A stretch of 64,000 bases of DNA from Mobula hypostoma (taxonomy: Eukaryota): NCBI RefSeq assembly GCF_963921235.1, contig NC_086097.1, forward strand, positions 154,072,001 through 154,136,000, read 5' to 3'. Below the pieces are notes generated by a model. The model worked only from the letters and a program-made list of their open reading frames with translations. It was not told where the DNA came from and did no database searches. This document shows, piece by piece, positions 15,121 to 29,419 of this stretch. Made by a program: the position numbers and the translations under genes. Numbering within the stretch: the first letter of the stretch is position 1; each line of letters begins with the position of its first letter.

Positions 15121-16223
15121 CATCTGAGTGGATGCGGCAACTAGTGGTAAATTAAGAATACTCCCATTATATGTGCCCAAGGCTACTCAAAACTAGATTG
15201 AACTTTTCCAATTACCCATTGCAGCCTTGCAGGCAACAGACTAAAGTAACTTTCACCTCAGTAGCTTAAACTAGATTTGTAATCACGTTCAGCATTTGGG
15301 AGATTGATATCCACAGTCAGTGGAGTGTTCAGCCTGCTGGAAAAGTAAGGCATTATACAACATAAGATGCTCTATAAAACCAGGACTGTCTACGCCCTTG
15401 GAGTGATTAATCTGAGAAGTGGTTGAGCAACTTATTTATATCAATCACCTATCATGGTGGCACACTTTGTAACTTCCTCCAATGTCATACAGTTTACAAA
15501 TGATCTTAATAACACTTTGCAAATGGAAATGGTCTGAAACCTCAAAAAACAAATGACTAATAATTGAATATTCGTTCAGTGTCATTCTTCCTGGCCTTTC
15601 TGAGGCCAGTACAACCATGTCTACATGTGACGTAATCAGCAGCCACTAGCAACAAGAAGTTGGAATCAGGAAGAAAGCGATAGCTTCACATTAGCCCGGG
15701 GGATTGTTACTGGTCATTCCTGATTGCTTCCCCTCCTTCTTGATTTTTCTGTCCCCATTGGAATTGTCGCTACTCCTTCCTCCACTTCACCCTATTTACT
15801 ACCTCCCAGCCTTCTGTTCGTTAACTCCCCATGATCACATTCTCTTGTCTCAGTTCCTACATTGAAGTCTTTGCCAGTGACACAGGTACAGCTATCTATC
15901 AGTTTAACTCCAATTTAAAAGTGGCTGCAGACACAATTTTGATTAGGATTTGGACTTAACCTTTTCAGGCCCAACGCTATTTAACCCGCTTATTTTCCCA
16001 TTGCGATAATTAGTCGATCACCTTGACTTCCTTTACTGGAGCTATTTCTTTAATTTTGGAACTCTCAGTAAAATTGAGCATTTATACAAGAAGCTGCAAT
16101 TGCTGAGAATACTTTAAAACATAAATACTTGGAAGTTTTTAAAAAATGTTTTTTCAGAATCTGGACATCGCTAGCATTTTTTTCGATCCAGTTTATTAGC
16201 TACCCTTACTTTCTGTAGTTGGA

Positions 16224-16412
16224 AACACAAGGGACTGCAGATGCTGGAATATGGAGTGAAAAACCAAACAGCTGGCAGGACTCACTGGGGTGATTGGCAA
16301 GAGTGGATGGTCGATGTATTGGTTGGAGATTCTGCTCCTGAAGTATTGCTCATCCCTTTTCCTTCACGAATGCTAGTGAGCCCACTGTGCTCTTCCAGCA
16401 GTTTGATTTCTA
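16224..16412. mobile_element. Degraded palindromic Penelope-terminus relic
   Basis: ctgcagatgctggaat...aaacagctgg on the left and ttccagcagtttg on the right. Confidence 0.6.
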
Positions 16413-17401
16413 TTTAGCCTGGTTCTCATGGTGGAATCATGACAACGGGGCTTTACATTGTTGATCTCTACCTCTGGATTACTGGGCTGGTAATGTAACT
16501 CTCGTGCTCTCACTGTACCCCTGGTACTGAAGCTGTTTGATAAGGCTGTCAACGGTGGTGAATCTTACTGGCATTGGTGTACCACACAGAACTGTAGCCT
16601 AAATCTTACTAAACCTGTACTTACATGACCCAAATGTAAAGAGCCTAGATTATGATAAAAGCGCCCAGGACTTCTGGGGGTTATCTGCTGGCAAACTCAG
16701 AAACCCTGCCCCTGAAAGACCTTAGAAGTACTGACGGCTGGTAAAACACCACCTCACCTGTCCAGCCTGTAAAAAAACGAAGATTACTTAATATTTTCTC
16801 AAATATTTCAAACTAAGAATATATGTTATCATAAATATCTAATTTGAAATGCAAATAACCATAGCCTTATTAAAGTTTTTAAGAGAGACAAAAACTCCAA
16901 AAATAGACAAATAAATCCAACAGAAATAATTTAAAAAGGAACCTATCCTCCTCTTTGCTTTCCGGCCAAGGGCTACTTTCCCCATTGAAATCTATGGGAT
17001 TGTGGATCTCCGTTAGGTCTGACCAAAGGAATTAGAGTATTTCATCAAGATAGCACACCACTACAGACCAAATTGATTCAACATTCCAAATTTACTCTGA
17101 CATTCAGGAATTCTATGTTTAACAAGGCGTTGTGGAAGTCCTGTGCTTGCTTCTATTTAGATAGGTGAATGTTGATGGTTTATATTAGAACAGCCAGCCA
17201 TTTCCGTGCTATGGGATTGGTTTCACCATAAAATGATGTTGAATGCATCCCCCCTCATGCTTATTTTTTGACTTTGGAAGTATTACCTCAAGTGCTTCAA
17301 AACATTCTTTTTACATATCTCATGATTTCCACTTTTCACTGATAGATATGAATAGTTTGCAGATGGACAATTATGTATCAAGTAAGAGACCAGATCTGTT
17401 A

Positions 17402-17506
<105 letters not shown>

Positions 17507-18019
17507 TCAAATGGATTCAAAACAAAACAGTGGCAATGTCATTCTGGTCAAAGAACTGAGATAACCATCTGTCTTGATTCACCAGACAGCACATATATTT
17601 CAAGGGCGGAAAGCTGATGGTATTGCCATAAAAGAGATAACTTTTCATTTTAGCTCCGCGTAAATAAACAAAACAGAATTTAGACCACTTTCAATCCCTA
17701 GCTCACCATTCCCTCGCATCGTTTATCTAAAATTGAATGATCTAATTCCACATGGAAGAATTCAGCAAATAACAATTAAATACATTAAGTACTCAATGAA
17801 TTCAGCGTAGTATCATACATATAATCATCAGATTGCTGAACCCAGGAACACCAGCTCACCATTTTGCTCTTTTTGCACTGTATTTTGTTAATATTCTTAC
17901 TGTAATTTATAGTACATATTCATGTATTGCACTGCACTGCTCCTGCAAAACAACAAATTGTATTTCATACTATACGTCAGTCATAAGAAACCTGATTCTG
18001 ATCAGATACTGAATTACTC

Positions 18020-18740
18020 AAAGTTCAAAGTAAACTTTATTATCAAAGTACATATGTCAACCATGAGTTTCATTTTCTTGTTGGTATACTCAATACATCA
18101 ATAGAATAATAACCATAACAGAAACAATAAAAGACTGCCAAACTAGAACATTCAACCAGAGTGCCAAAACAACAAAATTTGTAAATACAAAAATAAGAAA
18201 TAATAATATTAAATAAATAAGCAATAAATATCAAGAACATGAGATGAAAAGTCCTTGTTAGTGAGTCCATTAGGTGTGAGAACAGTTCAGTGATAGGGCA
18301 AGTGAAGTTATCCCCTTTGGTTCAAGAGCCTGATGGTTGAGCGGTGATAACTGTTCCTGAACCAGGTGATGTGAGTCCTGAGGCTTTTCTACCTTCTTCC
18401 TGGTGACAGCAGCAAAAATAGAGCATGTCCTGAGTGGTGGGGTCCTTGATGATGGATGCTGCTTTCCTGTGACAGTGCTTCACTAAGATGTGCTGAATAG
18501 TTGGGAGGGATAGACCTGTGATGGACTGGGCTGTATCCACTATATATTGTAGGATTTTCTGTTCAAGGGCTTTGGTGTTTCCTTACAATGCTGTGATGCA
18601 GTCAGTCTATATACTCTCCAATACACATCTATAGAAGTTTGTCAAAGTTTTCGATGGTTATGCTGAATATCTGCAAACTGCTAAGTAGAGGCACTGTCAT
18701 GCTTCCTTTGTAATTGCACTCATGTGCTGGGCCTAAGACA
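18020..18740 (-). mobile_element. Rex1/Babar-like LINE 3' fragment, tail-to-tail with a plus-strand 3'UTR remnant at ~17840-18005
   Basis: ORF 18322..18540 (DTAQSITG..LPTI..RKAASIIKDP). Reverse complement of the 48.9-49.6 kb copy. Confidence 0.82.
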
Positions 18741-19370
18741 AAATAATAACACCAAACTCCTAATTGTTAAAGAAAATAGTGTTATCTTTATCTTTTTGTG
18801 TATATTATCACTGTTTGTGTATATTTTCTCTTAGCTGTCTGGTCATAGTGCTTATTTTCCTCTAGCTATTTCTCCTCTAAGAAAATAATGCCTTGTACTA
18901 ACTTTATACCTTTCTTAACATTACTATCCACTCTATTATGATTCCTCCAAAACACATCAGGCTATTTCCTTGTAAATTCCCAAAAAGTGAGCTGGATCAT
19001 CTGACCTGCAGAGGGAACTATTTGTCAGGTCTTGCCTTTGGTTCTGGTGGAGAGCTGGATCAATGGAATAGATTGCTGATCACTAAGCTCACAACCTTCT
19101 GACAGCATGCCCTCTGCATGGCGCCTCACTGCACTGCTGTCAGCTGGAATCTCCCAGCCTTTACCTCAGCATCTGGCCCTGCCATTCAGTGATCCAGCTC
19201 TGCTGAGATTGCCAAATGCTAAGAAGCATTTAGTTGTAGAAGACACATACATACAGCTCAGACTGAAACTCCACACATGACTGGGAAATGACGTCCATAT
19301 AACTGTTTGCCCAAAATATCCATCAACACACAGGTATTTTGAGTGATTGAGTAGACAAAGACAGAAGTTA

Positions 19371-19490
19371 CACTCAGTAGCTAATTTATTAGGTACCTCC
19401 TATACCTAATAAAGTGGCCATTGAATGTATTTCTGTCGGTAAGTGGTCTCCTGCTATAGCCCATCTACTTCAAGGTTTGACATGTTCTTC
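19371..19490. mobile_element. Tc1/mariner-derived hairpin element
   Basis: TA|cactcagtagctaatttattaggta...tacctaataaagtggccattgaatg|TA (19371-19427 inverted repeat), followed by sequence resembling a Tc1 interior. Confidence 0.7.
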
Positions 19491-20808
19491 ACACACTAAG
19501 TTCCTCCTTGATTGATAAATAAACTCCAGGATATTCCTCAGCTGTGTTTATTTTGGGGGTGGGGCAGATGGAAGAGGGGATAGCAAGTAGGGGTGCCATT
19601 CCCCACTGAACAGAAGTGCATAACCGACAAGCCTCCACAAGGATTTCTATGAGAGTCATCTATAAAACAAAAGAAGTTACAGATTTAACACAAGATGTCA
19701 TCATGGGACCAACCTCCCTAAGCCAATGAACATAATCAATAATGTAGTAGGCCATCAATGGTTTCCTAATAAGGTTTCCGCAAGTATGAACAGAGCTGAT
19801 GAGATCAAGGCTGGCCAACAGAGGTAAGGTTGGGCAATCCAGCCCTTTGTATCATTATTTCTTTCAGTCTGATTTCACTAAGAAGCACACCAAGTTACTC
19901 TCTTCCCTATCAGCCGAATGAATGCAAGGTGCTGTTCTCGGACGCTCTATAACTGCTGCTTAAAGACAGTCTGTGTAGATTTTCCCCAAATGTGAAAACG
20001 TTTCATCCAGCTGGATGATAACTTTGAGTGAATGCAGCAGAGCCGATGAAAAGGGTTAATTAGAGCAGCAGTGGAGAACTTACTGCTAATTTGACAGTGA
20101 TAGACTCAGCCCATTAACACGATATGGCTTGATTTCTTTTTTAGATAATAAGGTCTCTGAGTTCAGTCTCACTGTGGGAAATGTTTCTTTTTGTCTGAGA
20201 AAAGTGATGATCTAGTTATAAGCCACAATACATAGAAGTACCTAATCAGTCAGAAGACTGCTTTTTTTTAAGTACTGTGCCTGTGTTGTGGCATGAACAT
20301 GGGAGGGAAGGAGGAAGGTACAAAAAGTAATGGGAATGGGCTTCCAAGACATGAGGGTACTAATTCAGAAAACATATTCATTGGACCACATGTTGTACTG
20401 ACCTTTTGACTGACTCTAAAATCAGTCAAACTCTTCCCTCACACAGAGCTCTCCATTTTTTCCATCAATGCCCCATATTTTAGAATCACTTAAGCAACAG
20501 CTTTGGGTGACATTCATTGTCTGTTGCAATCTATCCATCACTGGCCAAACCTGCAGACTAAAGTAATTGGAGATGGTCGCAAATGCATTTCTGCCGAGAA
20601 ACAAGTAAACAAGTAATTCAGAGATACACAGCAACTTGCGCATGTGAGTGTGGAGATGTGCTCTGGTGTTGAGGGGCATTGCGGAAATCATCAGCAATTC
20701 TGAGAGAAGAGCTTGTAGTTATTTGTTGATGAACTTATACATATGAAGTAACACACAAAATGCTGGAGGAACTCAGCAGGTCAGACAGCTTCTACGGAAA
20801 TGAATAAA

Positions 20809-20846
20809 CAGTCAACATTTCGGGCCAAGACCTTTCTTCAGGACTG
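20809..20846 (-). ncRNA. Penelope hammerhead motif, partly decayed
   Basis: CAGUC CUGAAGA AAGGUCUUGGCCC GAAAU GUU GACUG. Helix I is perfect; helix II and III are mutated. Confidence 0.55.
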
Positions 20847-21614
20847 AGAAGGAAGGGGGAAGGTGAAAAGGAAAGGGAGGGGAAGGAGGCTAGCTGGCAG
20901 GTGATAGGTGAAGCCAGGTGGGTGGGAAAGGTCAAGGGCCAGAGAAGGAGGAATCAGATGGGAGAGCAGAGTGGACCGTAGGAGAAAAGGAAGGAGGAGA
21001 GGACCGGGGGGGGTGGGGGGGGGGAGGGTGGAAATGACAGGCAGCTGAGAAGAGGGAAAGGATCAGAGTGGGGAATAGAGGAAGGGGGGATTTTTTTTAA
21101 ATAGAAGGAGAAATCAATATTCATGCAATCAGGTTGGAGGCTATCCAGACGAAATATAAGGTGTTGCTCCTCCATCTTGAGTGTGGCCACTTCTTGGCAC
21201 ACAAGAAGGCCATGGATCAACATGTCAGAATGGGAATTGAAATGTTTGGACACTGTGGCAGATAGGGTAGAGGTGCTTGATGAAGCAGTCCCCCAATTTA
21301 TGACGGGTCTCACTAATGTAGAGGAGTCTGCATTGGGAGCATTGGGCACAACAGACGACCCCAGCAGATTCCCAGGTGAAGTGTTGCCTCACTTGGAAGG
21401 GCTGTTTGGGGCCCTGAGTAGAGGTGAGGGAGGAGGAGTATGAGCTGGTGTAGCACTTAAACTGCTTACAGGGATAAGTACCAGGAGGGAGATTAGTGGG
21501 GAGGGATGAATGGACAAGAGAATCACAGAGGGACTGATCCCTGCAGAAAGCAGGGAGATCGGGGTGGTAAAGATATACTTAGTGGTAGGATCCCTTTGAA
21601 GATAGCAGAAGTTG

Positions 21615-22293
21615 GACCCTGCAAAGGGAAGATGGCGGCCCGACACAGCTCACAGCGGCCACTCCGGTGGTGATGTCTGTTATTTGTCAAGTAGGGTGCC
21701 GTGCACAATCCTGATCTGATGGAGACAGACATGAGAGCACGGAAGAACAACTAGTGAAACTTCTGAAATGCCTGCTTCGCTGCTGCTGCTACTGTGTGGT
21801 CCAGAATCTCTGGAGGGGAAGGCCCCGAGTCCTCGGCTTTGCTTGTTGCTTTGCGGCTGGGGTAGGGTCAAAGCGCTCGGCAGAGGATTGTACTCGGAGA
21901 GGCTGTGTCGGAGGGGCTGGACGGAGGCACGAAGTTTTTGGACGGACTCAGAGTCCACTGCGGTCGGGTGCTTCCAATGGTGCTGCATCAGCGAGCTGGC
22001 GGCGCTTGGAGGTTCAGGGCGGAGACAGTTCCTCCCTTCTGCTGCCTGCGTGGGATGATGAGTCTATCGGGACTTTGAGACTTTTTTTTACCATGCCCAT
22101 GGTCTGCTCTTTATCAAATCATGGTATTTTTTGCACTGTTGTAACTATATGTTATAATTATGTGGCTTTGTCAGTTTTAGTCTTGGTTTGTCCTGTGTTT
22201 CTTGTGATATAATTCTGGAGGAAATTTGTATCATTTTTTAATGCATGCATTTCTAAATGACAATAAACGAGGACTGAGTGTCCTCATAATCTA
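21615..22293 (+). mobile_element. ~0.68 kb non-autonomous retroelement, family A copy 1
   Basis: AAGTTG TSD at 21609-21614 and 22294-22299 inside a Penelope copy. 5' AAGATGGCGG, 3' aaatgacaataaa plus a GAGGAC-loop-GTCCTC hairpin and cataat tail. Homologous to 40535-41178. Confidence 0.85.
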
Positions 22294-23539
22294 AAGTTGT
22301 GGAGGATGACGTGCTGGATATGGAGGCTGACGGGGTGATAGGTAAGGACAAGAAGACCTCTATCACGGTTAAGGCAGCGGGAAGATGGGGTGAGCACAAA
22401 TACATATGAATATCTATTTGGGGCAAGCAGACTTCCCTGCTGTTAAATTATTGCTGGAAAGTTTTAACCAGGAATTGTCAGGCATTGCGGGGGCGGGGGG
22501 GGGGGGGGGCTAGTGTTTACCAGCATAACTACTGGGTTCAAGTAAGTTAGATTTTCCATGAATATCTAGGAATCCTTATTAGAGTGTGAAAATCCAACAT
22601 GCCATGAATATAAAGGCCGGAACAAACTTTCCAACTTGCTGCTTGTCTGACGTATCATTTTTAAGTCAATAGCTCCCTCTTGTGTAATTTGTTAGTAGCA
22701 TCAAATTGGAGCTGCTTTGAAGTAGCTGGTCTCCTACAGTGTTTAATTTACAAGGTATTACGCACCATCATCCAGGAAGGATATCAGCCGCTGTCAGTCC
22801 TAATTCACTGGAGACTGCTGTTAGTAAAAGCCTATATTATTTGCACACCATGTATTTAAATGCTGGACTAATTTTTCCTCCCCACTATTCTTTCTGTGCA
22901 AGTCTAGACAGCAAGTGTGCTGGACATGCTGTTTGACTGTGGGCTGAGAGGAAGTGGAGATGGGGCAAAATAAATATAGTTTTCCAAGACATATTTAATA
23001 GAGTTTAAAAATACGAACAGTGAAGCTAGTTTTACAATGACCTAATGCACATTTGCAGACTATTTGGCAGGCAACAACTCTGGCGAAAAGACCAACGGGG
23101 TTCTCCCCTTACAAGGCTCACTGAACAGATGATTAGGAGCAAGAACTCTGACTCTTTTTAAACACAATTTCATTACAGATTAACTGCTATATGCTTTAGC
23201 TCCCTGTTGTCGAATACATTATCAAAACACAGACAAGCTAATCTCCAGTCAACTGTCCCTAATTATCTTTTTACAACTGCATCTTTCTCCTCTGTAAAGG
23301 CTTTCCTTCATACTTACTTCTTCAACTGAGCCCTCTCCAATGTCTCCTGCTTTGGCTCAGTGTAAAGTCTGGTCATATTACATACCTGTGTAATGCCTTG
23401 AATCGCTTTAAAACCTTAAAAAGGTGCTGTGTTAAATTCACGTTGTTGCAATTTATAAGCATGAAGTTTCAGTCAGAGCAGTAGACTGTTGTAACTTGTA
23501 CGAAGGAGGTGGGGGTGCAGGTGGAGTCACAATGGCTAA

Positions 23540-24378
23540 ATTGTGATTCTTTTGTGTTCATCTACAATAATAGCTTTTCTACCTTTGACGTCTCTCTTTT
23601 TCCCTTTCAGGGTGGATGGGGTTCTGTTAAAGATCCTGACCTGGAGTTACACTCAGACTTTGGTTCCTTGCGGTGGTGGGACCCACTCCCGGGGGCTCTT
23701 GGCTGGTTACTTTTCAATATCCTGAAGACACGGCCTAGAAGACGAGCACAACTTTAGGGGGTTTTGAGGTTTCGCGGCCCTGTGGATGGACTGATTCTAG
23801 CTGGTGCCGCCGACTGAAGCATCACAGGAGAGAATGGAACATCAGATCAGCTATTGGAGGATGAGTACTTGGCGGGTTGTGCTGTCTCTCTTGTTGGTGG
23901 GTGAGAGATTGTTGCCGATTCTCAGGTCACAGTACTCGGGGGGAAAAACGTGACACGACAGAGTTTTAACACCTTAAATCAGCGAGATGTTTTGTTATGT
24001 CTCCTCTCTCGCTGTGAAATGGGACACTTCTTTTTCCCTTTATTAGGGAGAACGAGAGCCTGTGGCATGTCGAATTGTCCGGTGAACAATTAGTTTTTGT
24101 TGTACTGCAGATGACGGACTTTTTTGGGGGCTTTGCTGTTGCATGCTTGGTGGGTAGAGGGTGCGGATACTTTTTTGCTGAAGTAGGGGTGGGGGAGTGT
24201 TGTGGGTTTGCTGCTGCTTGTGTGTGGGAGGGGGTCGAAGGGTGCATTGGGGTTTTAACTATCACTCATTCTTTGGAGCACTTGTCTGTTTTTGTGGATG
24301 TCTCAGAAGAAAAAGAATTTCAGGATGTATATTGTATACACTTCTCTGGTATTAAATGAAACTGCTGAAATATTGAAC
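23540..24378 (+). repeat. Unclassified GC-richer interspersed repeat with a Rex1-like 3' end
   Basis: Ends in aagaatttcaggatgtatattgtatacac...attaaatgaa..ttgaa, similar to the Rex1-type tail at ~49545-49612. Confidence 0.5.
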
Positions 24379-24720
24379 GTCTGTACTGTTGAACTACTGA
24401 ACTGCATTGTTTCTTCATCTGTGATTGAGTTTTGTTTTATTATCCTGCACTGTCTCAGAAACCTTGCAACCACTTTAAGATTCAGCTTTAATTTATTCTC
24501 ATGTTTGTGGGCAGGGAGAAAAAGGTTGGAAGAGAGGAGTTGCCGTACTTAAACTAGGTAGCTCTGTAAACCTCGTTTCTTTATCTTCCATCTAAACATG
24601 AATAATTCATAGGGGAAATAGTACATATAATAGCTGATTTCTCTCTGAAGCATCTAAAACAACAACGGCCTAAACTCATTATGTTCCTCAAATGCAATAA
24701 TGGTAATTAGGTACGTTACT

Positions 24721-26100
24721 GAATCAGAATCAGGATCAGGTTTAATATTACCGACATATGTCATGAAATTTGTTAACTTACTGGCAGCAGTATAATGCAA
24801 TGCATGATAATATAGAAGAAAATATATATGTAAATCAACTACAGTAAGTATATAGATGTATATTATATTGTTAAATTAAAAGTAATGCAAAAACAGAAAT
24901 AAGAAGTAAATGTGAAGTGGAGTTCATGGGTTCTATGTCCATTTAGGAAAAGGATGGCAGAGAAGAAACTGTTCCTGAATTACTGAGTGTGTGCTTTTGA
25001 GCTTCTTTCCCTCCTTCCTGATGGTAGCAATTAGAAGAAGGCATGGCCTGGGAGATGGGGGTCCTTAAAGATGGACACTGCCTTTCTGAGGCACTGCCCC
25101 TTGAATATGTCAAAGATACTATGGAGGTAAGTACTCAAGATGGAGCTGACTAATTTTACAACTTTCTGTAGCTTCTTTCGACCCTGTGTAGCAGCACCCC
25201 CATATCAGACACTGGTGCAGCCTGTCAAAATGTTTTCCACGGTACAAACATAGAAGTTTTTGAATGTCTTAGGTGACAAATCAAATCTCCTCAAACTCCT
25301 AATAAAATATAGCCACTGTCTTGCCTTTGATACGTTGGCACCAGGTTAGATCCTCAGAACTCAGGAACTTGAAATTGCTCCCTCTCTCCGCTTCTGATCC
25401 CTCTTTAGTCTTACTAAAGGCTGCTGCTGCAACACCACTCCACTAGCTGAATATTTCCTCCAGTCATCTGTCATCTCCATCTGAAATTCTGCCAACAATG
25501 GTTGTATCATCAGCAAATTTATAGATGGTATTTGAGCTATACTTAGTCACATAGTCATGTGTAGAGGGAGTAGAGCAGTGAGCTAAGCACACACTCCTGA
25601 GGTGCACTAGTGTTGATCGTCAGCGAGGAGGAGATATTAACACCAACCTGCACAGACGGTGGTCTTCCGATTAGGAAGTCCAGGATCCAATTGCAAAGGG
25701 AAATACAGAGGCCCAGCTTCTATAGCTTATCAATCAGGACCACAGGAATGATGGTGTTAAACCCTGAATGATAGTCAACGAACAGAATCCTGACATGTGT
25801 TTGTATTGTTCAGGTTATCTAAGGCCGTGCGAAGAGCCATTGAGATCGCGTCTCCCGTAGACCTATTGTGGCAGTAAGTCCAGGTCCTTGCCGAGGCAGG
25901 AGTTGACTTGGGCCAGGACCAACCACTCAGACATTTCATTGCCATAGCTGTGAGTGCCACTGGATGATAGTCATTAAGTGCCTTCTTGGACACTGGTATA
26001 ATTGTTGCCCTTTTGAAGCAGGTGAGATCTTTTGACTGCAGATGAGAGGTTGAAAACATCCTTGAATACATCTGCCAGTTGATTGGCACAAGTTTTCAAG
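24721..26100 (-). mobile_element. Rex1/Babar-like LINE RT fragment
   Basis: ORF 25775..26089 (FKRATIIPV..LNDYHPVALT.AMKC). FADD region at ~25505-25520. (gaatca)n tail at 24721. Confidence 0.82.
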
Positions 26101-26521
26101 TGGATGTAAAGCTTGGAAGTGCTATGACTTTAGATTTCTAACATGTCAGAATGGTTCCAAAGAGTGACAGAAAAGATGGAAAGAAAAGGCAAGATTAGTA
26201 GTGATGTACCATCTGGAGGATTACAGCTATAGTATGTTCCAATGTATTCTACAGCAAATGGTGGACATGAGATGAATTTACTATCTAAGTTGGAAACATG
26301 GCAATACATCCCTATAAACACTAATCTAGTAATTAATTGAGGAATGAGTATAGGCCTGGAGCTCAGAGCTAGCTCCACGACCTTCAAAACTCTACCATTC
26401 CATTCCTCTAAATTGAGCAGCTAAAGGCTTGATTTCATGCTTCATTCTAAAGATAAATGTCAGAACAAAAAATATACATTATTTTTTTCCAAAGGTAGTG
26501 GCAATTTTAGTTCACGTTTCA

Positions 26522-26734
<213 letters not shown>

Positions 26735-27291
26735 TTATACAAAAAGCCTTCACCAGGTGCTTCTGATAGGCATGAGCAAAGAATAACTGATGCTGGGCTC
26801 AATAGGGCTATTGCTCATACTTTGTAGTTTGGTTGAGGAGGGATTTTAAAGAAGGATTTAAAGCAGGAAAGAGAATTAACGTGGTAGGGAGATTAAGAGA
26901 GAAAATTCTAGAAGTTAGGACTTGACAGCTGAAGTTAGTGGACCAATAAAATCCACAGGTGAACAATGTGCAGCAGCTGTTGGACACATACCTTGGAGGG
27001 CTGTCAGAGATTACAGTGACCAGAAGGTACAATGAAGACGTCATTTGGAAAGACAGAAATACTTTTACTATGATTGCACTGTTTCATGGGCAGTGCACTG
27101 TTTTGTAGCCTGTATAAGTGGGCAAGTACAGGAGTGATAGTTGAAGATAACATAAGTCATAGACTTCAGATGACCTCAAGCTCCAGTGAAGTAAAATGAG
27201 AGAAGCTATCAAAGACAGTAAAAGGATGATAAAGCCTGGAGATAGAAAGGGAAATAAGGTGAACAGAATGTGGTCGCAAATGACGCTTCTA

Positions 27292-27522
<231 letters not shown>

Positions 27523-27552
27523 TTATTTGTAAAAATACATATAAATTACTTG

Positions 27553-28413
27553 GCTGTAAATGTAGGTTGCCTGATTAGAAAGTTTCTAGATGACAAGAAA
27601 ATTGGTACAATTGCAGATAGTGAGGAAGGATACTGCAGGATATAGATCACTTGGAAGTGTGGGTAGAGAAATAACCGACGGAGTTTAATCCTGACACCTG
27701 TGAGGTGATGCACGTTGGGTGATCAATATAAAAGTAAAGATCACAGTAAACAGCAGCATCCCTAAGAACGCTGACTTGCAGAGGGACCTTGGGATGCAAG
27801 TCCACAGCTCTTGGAAGTGGCAACACTAGTGAACACAATGGTAATGAAAGCTTATGAAATTCTTGCCTTCATCCATTGTTTATGTTGTCCCCCATTAGCA
27901 AGTCAATATGTTGCTGCTTCAGCCACTTTCAGAAATGTATAGTTCTGGTTGTCATTTAACAGGAAGGACACAGTTTGGGGAGGATGCAGAAGAGAATCAC
28001 CAGGGTATTGCCTGGATTGGGGAGTATTAGTTACAAGCAGAGGTTGGACAAACTTGAATTTTTGTTGGAGCATCGGAGGCAAAAAAAATCACCCAATTGA
28101 AGTACATAAAATTAGAAGAGGCTTAGAGAGGGTGGATAGTCACACTTGTGTTTCTTAGCATGGAAATGTCAAATACTAAAGGGCTTTGGTTTAGAGAGGG
28201 AAAGTTTAAAATAGATTTAATTTTATTTTATACAGAAGCCGGTAGGTGCCGGAAATGCATATACGATAGCATTGCTTAAACAGCTAGCCAAGCGTACAAG
28301 CAATAAAGGAAGAGAAGTAGATAGACTCCATGCAGGCAGATGGGATTAGTTTAGGTGAACATCTTGGCTGGCACAGGCATCATGTTCTTCCTTTGCTGAA
28401 CTACTCCATGTTC
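27553..28413 (+). mobile_element. Degraded CR1 3' fragment
   Basis: KFLDDKKIG (FADD region), cagagggaccttgggatgcaagtccac and a CR1-type 3'UTR. Confidence 0.75.
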
Positions 28414-29419
28414 TCAAAGTGAACAGGAATTTGAAGGTAGTTGTCTTTCACTTCTCAAGTAACTGAATAATAACTGAAAAATTTATTATTTTACAGAAGG
28501 TCTGTTTCAGAATTTTTTGTTGCAAATACTGTACCTCACAATTTTAAGAAAGGGAGATCCTTATTTCTTAATACTCTAAAGTGCCATTTTCTCTCACCAG
28601 AGAAAGAAGTAATGATGCAATTATTCAGCCCTCTTCATAACTTCACAATTTCTATTTTGCATCCAGTGAGTTCTCAGTAATTGCCTTGTATGTGTGAGAT
28701 TGACCAGATAATGTTAACAAAATAGATGGAGGGACATGTGTTGGCCAGAAAATTGGGAAAAACTCACCTGCAGTTCTGCAATAATGGCACGAGGATTCTT
28801 ACATCCACTTGTGAAATGCTGGAACCTCTCAGTACCTCAGTCATCAGCAAGACTGATGTTACAGATGTTTATATTTTTAGTCGAATCCACAACCAACATA
28901 ACTTTACTCTTTTCTCATCAGAATCTGATTGACTGCATTGTATCTTTAGCATTAACCCTAGCTGCAGAAATTTGTTCCGATGTGCTTAAATTGGTCACAT
29001 TATATTTGCCCTCCAGTTAATTTTTTTAGGAAATATTTAGGGCCAATAACTTCAATAGAACTGCTTATCAGAAGGTTATGAAACAGACACCCAAACTTTC
29101 AGTGAGACTGCCCAAGATGAACTTCCACTTGATCAGTGATGAATCCATTTTCCCAGTATTGCCCAAATATCAAATGCACAATAGCCACATTTCACATTTG
29201 AGATCAAGTATCAAGATCAGGATCATCAGCATTTTTTTCTTAATTCAAAGAACTACACATAATGCAATTCTAAAATGAGGAAGTTTAAAGGTAGGATTCA
29301 GGTACTTAATCTGAAATCTAATAAAATGAAAGCATATTGTTTACAAGGCGTCAATTATCTACTTACCCCCTAGAAGATACCTGGATTACTGGATGATAAT
29401 CATGCAATCCTACTGAATC

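Larger units (their letters stand above)
20750..22400 (-). mobile_element. Penelope-like element fragment, interrupted at 21615-22293
   Basis: ORF 20954..21349 (EEQHLIFRLDSLQPDCMNIDFS). Reverse complement of the 36.6-37.7 kb copy. Confidence 0.88.

Noticed and set aside
22488..22509. Long G runs here and at ~21005-21030 (G-quadruplex potential)
   Set aside because: Simple homopolymers of uncertain assembled length with no functional evidence.
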